From an uncultured Prevotellaceae bacterium (GTDB lineage Bacteria; Bacteroidota; Bacteroidia; Bacteroidales; Bacteroidaceae), in NCBI GenBank assembly GCA_902783625.1, contig CACZRN010000013.1, positions 979-64,978 of the forward strand: DNA of 64,000 bases. Reading direction: 5' to 3'. Made by a program: the position numbers and the translations under genes. The notes under the pieces were generated by a model. The model did no database searches and was not told the origin of the DNA. It saw nothing but the letters and a program-made list of their open reading frames with translations. Of this stretch, positions 9,808 through 19,473 are shown piece after piece; positions within the stretch are counted from its first letter, which is position 1; each line of letters opens with the position of its first letter.

Positions 9808-11271
9808 CTACATGTTCGGCGACGAAACGAGGATGTATGCTCCGTTGTTTGAGTATATCGACGGAATGGTAAACGTCACTCCTCCCACGGTGAGGGGGCT
9901 ACCACCCACGACAGTGATACCCGTGTGGCGTTGGAAGGCTTGTGTGCTGGCGGTGGCGGGAACCGATTCTTTGGCTCCTATGCCCATTAGTGTGCCGCCG
10001 TTGATAAGCAGGCGTTTGGTGGGCTTGAAGGCTGTTGCCTTGTCGGCAGAGGCTGCCACAAGGATACTGCCACCCTCGATGATGATGTTGCCATCAGCCT
10101 TTATGCCGTTTGCCTTGGTGTCGTTCGAGCCATATTCAAACGGACTGCCTGTAGTGACAACGGTGAGGCTGCCGCCTTTGACGGTGAAGTCGGTGTCAGC
10201 CGACATTCCTCTACCACCGCTACCTGTTGCCGTAGCATTGACGACACCTGCCGTCATAGTGAACTCGGTGCCTGCCTTGATGGCGGTAGCGCCTTTGGTG
10301 GATTTCTCAACAGTGTCGTACATACCGCCGCCCGTAGCCGTAGCAGTGATGCTACCGCCGCTGATGAGCATGACCGAGTCGCACTTGATGGCCTCGGCGG
10401 CAATGCCTGAAGAGGTGACGGTGAGTGTACCGCCTTCGAAAAGGAATCGTCCGTCGTCGGTTTTATTCTTATCGGTAATACCCACATCGATGCCGTCGCC
10501 TTGCGATGTGATGTTCACCGTTCCACCCTGCTGCTTGTAGTATTGATTCACGTGCAAGCCGTCGCTAACGGCACCGGTGACGGTGATGGTACCTGTGAAC
10601 GTATTGGCAAGTCGCAGGTATTCATCGGCGAAGATGGCATGATTGGTGTTGCCTGCAAGAGTGAGCGTTCCGCTACCCGTCCATTCAGAGTGTCCGTTCA
10701 GATAGAGACATCCCTTGTGGGTGCCGTTGACGGCATCGGCGAGGGTGTTTGTACCTTTCAACTCAATATCGAGACGCTTACCGCTCTCAATCTTTACAGC
10801 CGAGCTGTCGGGGTTTGTAAGAGTGAGGTTGTCGAGCACAAGGGCGGCCTTGAGTTCGCCATCCATGAAGAACGACCCTGCCGTAGAGCTACCGCTGAGG
10901 GTGTAGGTTATCTCGTTGGTAAGAGCGGCGGACTGCAATACGGCGACATGCGCGCCATCGACTTTCACGTCGAGGTGCTGTGCCACATTGCCTGCCACAA
11001 CCACCTGAGCACTACTGCCGTTAAAGGCAACGCTGACAGTGTTGTCGGCAACGGGGGTGTTGTCGATGGTTATGCTCGTGATGTCGGCAATGTTATACGA
11101 TTTCCCCTGAATGGTGAGCGTTGTTGCCGAGGCAAAGGGCATGTGCCCCGCCTGCGCTGCAGAGTGGGCATATGTGATGTTGCCCATATTCACACGCATT
11201 GTCTGAGCCATCGAGGGTACGACGGCGACGGCCATAAGGATGGCTGAAAGTAGAGTCTTCTTCATAGTCAT
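9808..11271 (-). CDS. Secreted Cthe_2159/DUF4353-like beta-helix ('carbohydrate-binding domain') protein, paralogue 1
   Basis: Signal peptide; YTLSGSS..GSF, LTLTNPD..A, HAI.ADEY, repeated I.GG.(I/L/V) and GIKAD/AIKCD coils. Confidence 0.75.
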   Translation of the reverse strand: MTMKKTLLSAILMAVAVVPSMAQTMRVNMGNITYAHSAAQAGHMPFASATTLTIQGKSYNIADITSITIDNTPVADNTVSVAFNGSSAQVVVAGNVAQHLDVKVDGAHVAVLQSAALTNEITYTLSGSSTAGSFFMDGELKAALVLDNLTLTNPDSSAVKIESGKRLDIELKGTNTLADAVNGTHKGCLYLNGHSEWTGSGTLTLAGNTNHAIFADEYLRLANTFTGTITVTGAVSDGLHVNQYYKQQGGTVNITSQGDGIDVGITDKNKTDDGRFLFEGGTLTVTSSGIAAEAIKCDSVMLISGGSITATATGGGMYDTVEKSTKGATAIKAGTEFTMTAGVVNATATGSGGRGMSADTDFTVKGGSLTVVTTGSPFEYGSNDTKANGIKADGNIIIEGGSILVAASADKATAFKPTKRLLINGGTLMGIGAKESVPATASTQAFQRHTGITVVGGSPLTVGGVTFTIPSIYSNNGAYILVSSPNM

Positions 11272-11669
11272 TTTACAACAATTTTGCGTGTTTCACCATT
11301 TTGTCTAATGATATACATTCCGCGTGGGAGCTGCTTTTTCACGTCGTCGATGCTCTGGAATGTAGTCACGAGCTGTCCCGAAGGAGTGTAGACACCAACT
11401 GTTTTGTCGTCGGATGCCACGTTAAGGTCGCTGATGCCCGATGTGGATGAGAAATACATCTCGCTGATTTCGCTGAGCGGGATGGTAGTTGTCTCGCCAT
11501 TGCTGACCACCTGCATATTGCCGTCGGCAAAGGTGATTGTGGTACCAAGGGCAGTGACAGCCTGTGCCGGACTACTGGTCTTGACAAAGACAAGATAGTC
11601 GTAATCGCCTGCGCAGACACTCAAAGCGGCTGCGAGCGAAAGGGAAATTGAAAGTATAAATCGCTTCAT
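11268..11669 (-). CDS. Small secreted protein with T9SS C-terminal sorting domain, copy 1
   Basis: Signal peptide MKRFILS; C-terminus VYTPSGQ...LPRGMYII...RKIVVK; ATGA overlap with downstream gene. Confidence 0.75.
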   Translation of the reverse strand: MKRFILSISLSLAAALSVCAGDYDYLVFVKTSSPAQAVTALGTTITFADGNMQVVSNGETTTIPLSEISEMYFSSTSGISDLNVASDDKTVGVYTPSGQLVTTFQSIDDVKKQLPRGMYIIRQNGETRKIVVK

Positions 11670-11698
11670 AATAATGAATTGTGTATCGTTTCGATTCG

Positions 11699-11706
11699 CA
11701 AAATTA
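11699..11706 (-). promoter_or_regulatory. Bacteroidetes -7 box (TAATTTTG) for the 11669/11271 pair
   Basis: Matches TAnnTTTG 30 nt upstream of the ATG. Confidence 0.55.
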
Positions 11707-11750
11707 TGTGTTTTATATATAAACAACAAATAAATTATGTCTTTTTAATA

Positions 11751-13133
11751 TTATTGTAACACTTTTTTCATCCATTGGCCTCGCCATATCCTTATGAGGA
11801 AGAGTGTTCCGCGGCATGTCAGTTCGATGGCCATTGCTATCCACACACCCTTCAGACCGTAGTCGCGTGCCAGGAGTGCAGCGAGCGTGAGTCGCACACA
11901 CCACATTGAGAAGAGGTTGAGCACTGCCGGGCGGAGGGTGTCGCCTGCTCCAACGCAGATACTGTACGACACTATCGAAGCGGCAAACATCGGCTCGGCA
12001 AAGGCTTCTATCCGCAACACAAGCGCTCCAAGGTCTTTTATCTCGGTTACGGGAGTGAGTATAGCCATTAGTTCGGGGGCGAATATGAACATCAGCAGTC
12101 CCATGAATGCCATCACAGACATCGCCACGCCAATGGTCATCCATGCAAACGACTTGCAGATGTCGAACCTGCGAGCGCCCACGCTCTGACCTACAAGTGT
12201 GGTTGCAGCGTCGCCGATACCATAGCCAGGCATGTAGCACAGACTCTCAACGGTGATGGCAAACGAGTTGGCAGCTATCGATACATTGCCCAGAGGAGCC
12301 ACGATGCGTGTTCCCACTATCTGCGCACCACCCATGAGAGCCGACTGCAATGCCATCGGTGCACCGATCTTTGCGGCGTTGCGGATATAGTCGGGGTTCC
12401 ATTCAAAGCGTGTATGGTCTTGTCGCAAGTTGAGCATAGCGCTGCGGAAAATGGCAAAATATGCCTGAGCAAGTGCACTGATTATTATCGCCAACGATGT
12501 GCCGATGGCAGCACCCACTACTCCCCAACCGACAATGTATATGAAGAAGAAGTTGAACACCACATCGAGCACGCACATCATCACACTCATCACGCTGGGT
12601 ATGCGCATATTGCCCGAGCATTTCAACATTGCTCCCGAGAGATTTGCGAGTTGGAAGAACGGCCCTGTCAATGCAAAAATGAGAAAATAAAGCGAGGCGT
12701 CGCGGGCAATATCAGCCCCTCCGCCAAGCCAATATGGAAGAGGAAAGGCTATCGCGACACCAATGATGAGCAAAATAAGACTGAGAATGGTTGTTGCGAT
12801 GAGGGCATGGCGAAACACATCGCGGGCTCGCTGGAAATCGTTGGCACCAATGAAATGAGCCACTTGCACAGAGAATCCCATCGATGCGGCAGTGGTCATA
12901 CTGCCAAATAGCCATGTTGAGGTCTCAACGATACCTATCGACGCCGATGCCTCAGCACCGAGATGGCCCACCATGGAGGCGTCGATGAAGAACATCATCA
13001 CGCTTGTTATCTGGGCCAATATAGACGGAATGCTCAACCCGATAATCAGGTTGAGCTTCTCACGGTTCGAGAGTACGCCACCCAAGCGTATCTTCTCGAG
13101 CAATTTATCGCTACTCTTTATTGAGAGTGTCAT
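11751..13133 (-). CDS. MATE family efflux transporter
   Basis: About 12 TM segments; D..MVG.LG, GAAIGT, T.LVGQ.VGA and GAGDT motifs. Confidence 0.92.
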   Translation of the reverse strand: MTLSIKSSDKLLEKIRLGGVLSNREKLNLIIGLSIPSILAQITSVMMFFIDASMVGHLGAEASASIGIVETSTWLFGSMTTAASMGFSVQVAHFIGANDFQRARDVFRHALIATTILSLILLIIGVAIAFPLPYWLGGGADIARDASLYFLIFALTGPFFQLANLSGAMLKCSGNMRIPSVMSVMMCVLDVVFNFFFIYIVGWGVVGAAIGTSLAIIISALAQAYFAIFRSAMLNLRQDHTRFEWNPDYIRNAAKIGAPMALQSALMGGAQIVGTRIVAPLGNVSIAANSFAITVESLCYMPGYGIGDAATTLVGQSVGARRFDICKSFAWMTIGVAMSVMAFMGLLMFIFAPELMAILTPVTEIKDLGALVLRIEAFAEPMFAASIVSYSICVGAGDTLRPAVLNLFSMWCVRLTLAALLARDYGLKGVWIAMAIELTCRGTLFLIRIWRGQWMKKVLQ

Positions 13134-13139
13134 CCGCTA

Positions 13140-13835
13140 TTACGGCTGCAAAGCTTGTTTCGGGGCTTTGAACACGGGTACGCTCTGACCAGGATGATAA
13201 TAACTGACAAGTGTCATGTCAAATATCAGAGTTGAATAGGCTGGTATAGAGCCTTCGGCTTTATCCTCATACCCGAGTTTATAAGGGATATACACCTGCC
13301 ATCGGTCGCCTACCTTCATGTGCTGCAGTGCAGTGGCAAAGCCGTCCCTCACTTCTTGCACACCAAGCTTCACGGCAACGGCAGTGGCAGGGTTATACTC
13401 TCCTTCGAAAGTCTTCTGGAACACATAGCCAGACGGATACGACGGCGATGGTATCAAACGTCCCTCATATACCACACGCACAGTGTCGGTAAATAGCGGA
13501 CTGGGCGACGTGCTGCCGCTCTCGCTCAACACATGAACAACGATATTGTCGTCGATGTCGGCGTGGAAACTGCTGTCGTCTTCCTTCAGCGACCATTTCC
13601 TCAGCGTCATCCAACTGCTGTCGCCACTTGCACGTCGAGATACTGCATTGGCGTAAACCTCCTTGAAAAAGTTTTCGTTCTTACTCTGCCAGTTGGCGAA
13701 CTCGCTTTCCTCTTCCGTTTCACTGCATGAGGTGAGCAGCAAAAGGCTAGAAGCGAGAAGCAAGATGCAAGAAGCAAGACGCTTCGCAATCCCATGTACA
13801 TAGGATAGACGATGAATGAAAAGATTATTGTGCAT
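13140..13835 (-). CDS. FKBP-type peptidyl-prolyl isomerase lipoprotein
   Basis: Lipobox LLTSC; V.V.YEG.L, GFATALQHM.VGD.W.VYIPY.LGY, IPAYSTLIFD. Confidence 0.88.
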   Translation of the reverse strand: MHNNLFIHRLSYVHGIAKRLASCILLLASSLLLLTSCSETEEESEFANWQSKNENFFKEVYANAVSRRASGDSSWMTLRKWSLKEDDSSFHADIDDNIVVHVLSESGSTSPSPLFTDTVRVVYEGRLIPSPSYPSGYVFQKTFEGEYNPATAVAVKLGVQEVRDGFATALQHMKVGDRWQVYIPYKLGYEDKAEGSIPAYSTLIFDMTLVSYYHPGQSVPVFKAPKQALQP

Positions 13836-13860
13836 TATGAGTTATTCATTATGAATTAAT

Positions 13861-15402
13861 CTACATGAGTTTTTTCAGCAGGCTTGGGATGCTCACCTTG
13901 TCTTCGATGATGCTACGCAACTGCGATATATCCACTCGCTCTTGCTGCATTGTATCACGGAAACGGAGCGTCACCTTGTTGTCGGTGAGTGTGTCGTGGT
14001 CGATGGTGATACAGTATGGTGTACCGATAGCATCCTGACGGCGATAGCGCTTACCGATAGAATCTTTCTCGTCGTAATGGCAGTTGAAGTGGAACTTCAG
14101 GTCGTCGACTATCTCGCGAGCCTTCTCAGGAAGACCGTCTTTCTTCACAAGCGGCATCACCGCAAGCTTCACAGGAGCGAGGGCAGCAGGCAACTTGAGC
14201 ACCACTCGCGACTCGCCATTTTCAAGCGTCTCTTCGGTGTAGGCGTGGCACATCACCGAGAGGAACATGCGGTCTACGCCGATCGATGTCTCTATCACGT
14301 ACGGAGTGTAGCTCTCGTTGGTCTGTGGGTCGAAGTATTTTATCTGTCGCCCACTGTATTTCTCGTGCTGCGAGAGGTCGAAGTCGGTGCGGCTGTGGAT
14401 GCCTTCCACTTCCTTGAATCCGAATGGCATGCGGAACTCGATGTCTGAGGCGGCGTTGGCATAGTGGGCAAGCTTCTCATGATCGTGGAAACGATAGTTC
14501 TCTGCTCCGAATCCGAGGGCTTGGTGCCATGCCATGCGCGTCTGTTTCCACTTCTCAAACCACTCGAGCTCGGTGCCGGGGGTGACGAAGAACTGCATCT
14601 CCATCTGCTCAAATTCGCGCATGCGGAAGATGAACTGGCGTGCTACGATCTCGTTGCGGAACGCCTTGCCTATCTGTGCAATGCCGAAAGGAATCTTCAT
14701 GCGGCCCGTCTTCTGAACGTTCAGGTAGTTGACGAAGATGCCCTGAGCCGTCTCAGGACGCAGGTAAATCTTGTTTGCAGCATCGCTGACAGAGCCCATC
14801 TCGGTCGAGAACATCAGGTTGAACTGTCGTACATCGGTCCAGTTTTTAGTGCCACTGATGGGATCGACAATCTCCTCATCGAGTATTATCTGCTTAAGCA
14901 TCTCCAGATCAGGACCTTGCATTGCCTCTGTATAGCGCTCATGGAGACTGTCGCGCTTCTGCTTTATCTCAGCCACACGTGGTGAGGTAGCCAGATACTG
15001 CTCCTCGTTGAACGCATCGCCAAAACGCTTGCGGGCCTTCTCTACCTCTTTCTCTATCTTCTCGTCGTATTTTGCTATCTGATCTTCAATAAGCACATCG
15101 GCGCGATAGCGCTTCTTAGAGTCGCGGTTGTCGATAAGGGGATCGTTGAAGGCATCAACGTGTCCGCTGGCCTTCCAGATGGTGGGATGCATGAAGATAG
15201 CACTGTCGATGCCCACGATGTTCTCGTGAAGCAGCACCATCGACTTCCACCAGTACTCCTTTATATTGTTCTTCAGTTCCACACCATTCTGCCCATAATC
15301 ATAGACTGCAGCCAGTCCATCGTATATATCGCTGCTGGGGAACACGAAACCATATTCTTTACAATGACTTACAATTTTCTTGAAAACATCTTCCTGTGCC
15401 AT
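13861..15402 (-). CDS. glyQS: Glycine--tRNA ligase (alpha2 type)
   Basis: YLRPETAQGIF, FRNEI, FRMREFEQ, SIGKRYRRQD; start at MAQED. Confidence 0.97.
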   Translation of the reverse strand: MAQEDVFKKIVSHCKEYGFVFPSSDIYDGLAAVYDYGQNGVELKNNIKEYWWKSMVLLHENIVGIDSAIFMHPTIWKASGHVDAFNDPLIDNRDSKKRYRADVLIEDQIAKYDEKIEKEVEKARKRFGDAFNEEQYLATSPRVAEIKQKRDSLHERYTEAMQGPDLEMLKQIILDEEIVDPISGTKNWTDVRQFNLMFSTEMGSVSDAANKIYLRPETAQGIFVNYLNVQKTGRMKIPFGIAQIGKAFRNEIVARQFIFRMREFEQMEMQFFVTPGTELEWFEKWKQTRMAWHQALGFGAENYRFHDHEKLAHYANAASDIEFRMPFGFKEVEGIHSRTDFDLSQHEKYSGRQIKYFDPQTNESYTPYVIETSIGVDRMFLSVMCHAYTEETLENGESRVVLKLPAALAPVKLAVMPLVKKDGLPEKAREIVDDLKFHFNCHYDEKDSIGKRYRRQDAIGTPYCITIDHDTLTDNKVTLRFRDTMQQERVDISQLRSIIEDKVSIPSLLKKLM

Positions 15403-15586
15403 ATCTTTATTTTTAATTTTGTACAAAATTACTTCAATTCCCTCGCTCCACAAAAGATTTTAATCTTTTTTTGCCATAAAACAGTATGTCTTTACATGTT
15501 TTTTGTATATCTCACGTTGCTACCGACCACATTTCTACCTTCTGCAATCAAGTTTTAGAGGTGTCGTAGAGCTAAACTGTCAACAG

Positions 15587-15616
15587 AAAAAGGCACCCGA
15601 TTTAAGTCGGATGCCT
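15587..15616 (-). terminator. Rho-independent terminator
   Basis: aggcatccgac-ttaa-atcgggtgcct followed by T-run on minus strand. Confidence 0.75.
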
Positions 15617-15650
15617 CTATCTAGTAATTGTACAATAAAAAACTTCTGTG

Positions 15651-17216
15651 TTACACTCCCATTATCCACTTCACGAGCAGGAGTACTGTCGGGATGGTAA
15701 TGACGAGTATGCCGATAAAGTCGATAATCACTCCCGACTTTATCATCTTCGTGATAGGTATGTAACCGCTGGCGTACACGATAGCGTTCGGCGGTGTTGA
15801 CACTGGCATCATAAATCCAAGTGACGACGACAGTGCAATTCCCACAGCAACTGGTATTGGGCTAAAGCCCATTGACAGGGCTGTACCTATGGCAATCGGG
15901 CCAATGAGGTTTGTTGCTGCTGTATGCGAGGTAAGCTCCGACAGCAACAGTGCTGCGATGCTGAACACTGCCACGAACATTATCTCTGAAGGATGACCAC
16001 CCATCATTGCCTTAATAGCGTCACCAATCCACTCCGACAGACCAGTGGTGTACATCAGTCCACCCATTGCCAGTCCGCCACCGAAGAGGAGCAGCGTACC
16101 CCACTCCACACCGGCAATAGCGTCTTTCCACTTCAGTGTCATCTCACCACTCTTCAGATTCACAGGAAGGAAGAAGAGCAACAGAGCACCGATAAGTGCG
16201 GCGATTGCCTCGGGGAACAGTTTGTTATAGTCTTTCACTATAGCGGCATCGGAGCCGTAGATAATGCTCAGCACACCTGGAGCCACCCACAGTACAACAG
16301 CCACGATGAAGGCGAAGAGAGTGTTCTTCTGAGCACGCGTCCACTTGCCAAGCGAGTTCACACGCTCACTGATGAACTCCTGAGCGCCGTCAATATGCTT
16401 CACATCGGCAGGGAACATGCGCCACAGCGCAACATAGGCGATGACGAAGTAGAGCACCATTGCCACGAAGCCCCAAACCATCCAGTCGAAGAACGACACG
16501 TGTGGTGCCTCGGGTGCAAGCTCATTGAGGAAGCCGAGCATGATGATGTTCGGCGGGGTACCGATTGGTGTGAGCACACCACCTATAGAGCATGCGTAGG
16601 CTGTCATAAGCATAAGACCGGTAGCATATTTATAGTTCGACAGATTGATATGCTTGCCATTGGCTGCCATCATCTCGCGGATAGCCTCGAGCAATCCGAG
16701 GGCTATCGGGAACATCATAGCTGCTGTGGCAGTGTTGCTTATCCATCCTGAGCAAATCATACATGCCAATCCAATTGCAAGGAAGATGCGACGCGGTGAG
16801 TCGCCCACCCACTTCATCGACATGATGCCGTAGGCTATGCGCTTGTCAAGACCGTTCACCATCATAGCCTTGGCAATGATGAATCCGCCCATAAAGAGGA
16901 ATATCATCGGATTGGCAAAGGCTGCGAAGGCTTCCTTCATCTTCACTACTCCGAATACGACGCACAGTGTGGGACCTATGATCGACGTCACGGGAATTGC
17001 AACAGGCTCAGTGATCCACCAGATGGCCACCAGAGTCATGATTGCAAGCAACTTGTGTGATTCAGGGGAAAGGCCCTCAATCTGAGTAAAGTAAACCAGA
17101 AGCGCGCAAAGCGGACCAAAGATGGCTCCGAAGATATGGCGCTTTCTGTCGAACGAAGAATCACTGCGTTCAGCCTGCTCATTTACTTGAGCAGCTTTCT
17201 TTTCTGTAACTTCCAT
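15651..17216 (-). CDS. SLC13/DASS family anion (dicarboxylate/sulfate) permease
   Basis: ISNTATAAM, TPIGTPPN, SHTA and STPPNAIV motifs; polytopic. Confidence 0.9.
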   Translation of the reverse strand: MEVTEKKAAQVNEQAERSDSSFDRKRHIFGAIFGPLCALLVYFTQIEGLSPESHKLLAIMTLVAIWWITEPVAIPVTSIIGPTLCVVFGVVKMKEAFAAFANPMIFLFMGGFIIAKAMMVNGLDKRIAYGIMSMKWVGDSPRRIFLAIGLACMICSGWISNTATAAMMFPIALGLLEAIREMMAANGKHINLSNYKYATGLMLMTAYACSIGGVLTPIGTPPNIIMLGFLNELAPEAPHVSFFDWMVWGFVAMVLYFVIAYVALWRMFPADVKHIDGAQEFISERVNSLGKWTRAQKNTLFAFIVAVVLWVAPGVLSIIYGSDAAIVKDYNKLFPEAIAALIGALLLFFLPVNLKSGEMTLKWKDAIAGVEWGTLLLFGGGLAMGGLMYTTGLSEWIGDAIKAMMGGHPSEIMFVAVFSIAALLLSELTSHTAATNLIGPIAIGTALSMGFSPIPVAVGIALSSSLGFMMPVSTPPNAIVYASGYIPITKMIKSGVIIDFIGILVITIPTVLLLVKWIMGV

Positions 17217-17422
17217 ATAATGCTTCTAAAATGTTTATTTATAGCTCTTAAATTGTTAATCTTATCATAGTATGACGGTTGTTATCCGTAATTATCGGGA
17301 GCTAACTCATGCTAACTCCCGATATCTATATACAACTCCGTTAACTCCCGCTAACTCCCTGTTTCCAGAGATCAAGCAAGCTTGCGACTGCTTAAAGTCA
17401 TCTATCACTTAGACAAATTTTG

Positions 17423-17504
17423 TACGCCTGATAGGACTCGAACCTACACATCGTGTGATACTAGATCCTAAGTCTAGCGCGTCTACCAATTCCGCCACAG
17501 GCGC
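17423..17504 (-). tRNA. tRNA-Leu (TAG)
   Basis: GCGCCTG acceptor stem, CTAGA-CTTAGGA-TCTAG anticodon arm, long variable arm, GGTTCGAGTCC T-arm. Confidence 0.97.
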
Positions 17505-17548
17505 AACAAAAATCTACTGCATAGAAAGCATAACTTCGAAATGCGGCT

Positions 17549-17616
17549 GCAAAGTTAGTGAAAACTGAGCACAGAACAAAATAAAAACGAAAGTTTTTGT
17601 TTTTTATCCCAAAATG
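17549..17616 (-). repeat. Promoter-bearing dispersed repeat (partial) upstream of tRNA-Leu
   Basis: gcaaagttagtgaaaactgagcacagaacaaaataaaa...ttttatccc, similar to 24920-24977 and 39934-39994. Confidence 0.75.
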
Positions 17617-17656
17617 AATGACAATACCCTCGAAGAAAAACAACGGAAGCAGACTA

Positions 17657-18652
17657 TTAGTGACTTCCGATTATCTGGCGGGCATATTCTATTATGGTGT
17701 CGCGCAACTGTGCCGCATCTTCGTCAGCAAGTCCCACAAGGACATCTGGAGCGATTCCTGCTTCTGTCGACTGTCGGTTGCTGTCGTACATAGGACAGGC
17801 GGAGAACCGAACCGTCCAGCCAGTGGGGAGCTCGCTTGTGAACGGCAGACCTGCTCCACCACCAGTGGCATCACCGACTACAGTGACATCGGGACAGCAC
17901 TTCATGTATTTCACAAACTCGTTTGCCGCACTGAACACCTTGCGATTGGTGAGCACTACTACGGGCTTATGCCAGCGGATTCCCTTTGACGGTTTAAGCC
18001 GTTGTTCCTTCATCTCAGAAAAGTCGTCGTGCCCCTTGCCCGTCTTATGCCGCATATATCCCACCAGCAGTTCATCGTCGGTGAACCGTGCGGCGAGTGT
18101 CTCTGCTGAAGTGAGAAGGCCTCCGCTATTGCCACGAACGTCGATAATAAGTCCACGGGCAGCAGCGAAATGTAGCATTATCTCATTGAGATTACCGTCG
18201 CCGATGACATTCGTGAACGACGGGCAGCGCATATATGCGATGTTATCGTCGAGAAGGCGATAGCGCATGCCCGACGAGATGTTATAGTCGGTGCCGAGAT
18301 AGTGGTCTATCAGCTTCTCATCATAGTTGTCGGGATAATCTTCATACCAACTCCAGTTGCGTGCCACATCCCATGACGACGACAGGTTCACATGTCCGTC
18401 GCGCAACTCGCCAATCATGTTTCCAAGCACCTCGAACAGCTGGTGACTGCTCATCGCGTCGGAGATCTGTCGTGAGTATCGGCTGTGGACATCGTTCCAG
18501 TCGACGTCTTTCTCTGTGAAGAAACAATAGTGCTCGTCCATGAGATGCCACAGAGCCTCGAAGTTGCCGCGCGCATTGTCGTTGTATTCTTCTTCGTCGA
18601 TGCACGCAGAGAGGGTGATAACCCCGAGTAGGAGGTATAAGAACTTCTTCAT
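17657..18652 (-). CDS. S41 family peptidase lipoprotein
   Basis: Lipobox LSAC; LRDGH, IIDVRGNSGG, FSAANEF, GIAPD motifs. Confidence 0.9.
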   Translation of the reverse strand: MKKFLYLLLGVITLSACIDEEEYNDNARGNFEALWHLMDEHYCFFTEKDVDWNDVHSRYSRQISDAMSSHQLFEVLGNMIGELRDGHVNLSSSWDVARNWSWYEDYPDNYDEKLIDHYLGTDYNISSGMRYRLLDDNIAYMRCPSFTNVIGDGNLNEIMLHFAAARGLIIDVRGNSGGLLTSAETLAARFTDDELLVGYMRHKTGKGHDDFSEMKEQRLKPSKGIRWHKPVVVLTNRKVFSAANEFVKYMKCCPDVTVVGDATGGGAGLPFTSELPTGWTVRFSACPMYDSNRQSTEAGIAPDVLVGLADEDAAQLRDTIIEYARQIIGSH

Positions 18653-19473
18653 GGGGCAATGTCTTTAATTTTGAATCGTTTAGTCAATCCCACCACAAGC
18701 ATGTGACTATAGTTGTGATACTTAATCATGTTGACGTCGGCCTGTTGGTAGTCGCCGAGATATCCGATAGTGAATATCGTTTTCCGTATTGGTATCTCGA
18801 GTGTGAGCATGTGTCTCATGCTTGGCGAGTTGAACGGATGCGAGAGTTTTACGTTGTTGTCGTAGTCGCCACGCGAGAATATCTCGTAGTACGACTGACC
18901 GAAGTTGGGCGCAAACATCACTCCCACGATGGGTGCCATCAGCTCGTATCGCAAAGCCCATATATGTCTCCCCACCTCGAATCTGTACCTTGCCGCCGCC
19001 GATGGCCCGACGTTGATAGCCAGTCGTGCCTGCGCTGGATTGTTGCCTCCCACGGTGCTATACAGGAATCCGGCATTAGCCTCAGCGGTGAAACCAGCCT
19101 TGACTTCAAGGGCGTCGCTCATGAAATGCCAATTCCTATGGCGCGAATAGCTGAATGAATACATCCCGGCGAGGAAGGTATTGTCGTCGGAACGCGGTGT
19201 TGTCGATGAGATATAAGCCGAGTGGACGAGCTGAGTGCTCCATCGTCGACCGTCGGCATGTCGGGTGGTATGATCGATGAAACGGAGTTCGACACCTGAG
19301 TAGTGTTCCTGCGACAGATATGTATCGAGGATTGCCGAGTAGCCGATGCCTACCAACTTAGTATTTACGATGGTGGGTGCGGATACTTCAGATTGCGCAA
19401 AGAGAGAAAATGCCTGCACGCAGAAGCATGCAAGCACTATTATCCTTTGCAGATGTCTATTGCTCGTCTTCAT
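18649..19473 (-). CDS. DUF3316-like outer-membrane protein
   Basis: Signal peptide; DTYLS...YSG, NNPAQA, GQSYYEIF; lies between parC and the S41 peptidase. Confidence 0.65.
   Translation of the reverse strand: MKTSNRHLQRIIVLACFCVQAFSLFAQSEVSAPTIVNTKLVGIGYSAILDTYLSQEHYSGVELRFIDHTTRHADGRRWSTQLVHSAYISSTTPRSDDNTFLAGMYSFSYSRHRNWHFMSDALEVKAGFTAEANAGFLYSTVGGNNPAQARLAINVGPSAAARYRFEVGRHIWALRYELMAPIVGVMFAPNFGQSYYEIFSRGDYDNNVKLSHPFNSPSMRHMLTLEIPIRKTIFTIGYLGDYQQADVNMIKYHNYSHMLVVGLTKRFKIKDIAP

Noticed and set aside
9752-11247. Long plus-strand ORFs (262 aa, 248 aa)
   Set aside because: Antisense shadows of the G/T/A-rich beta-helix gene
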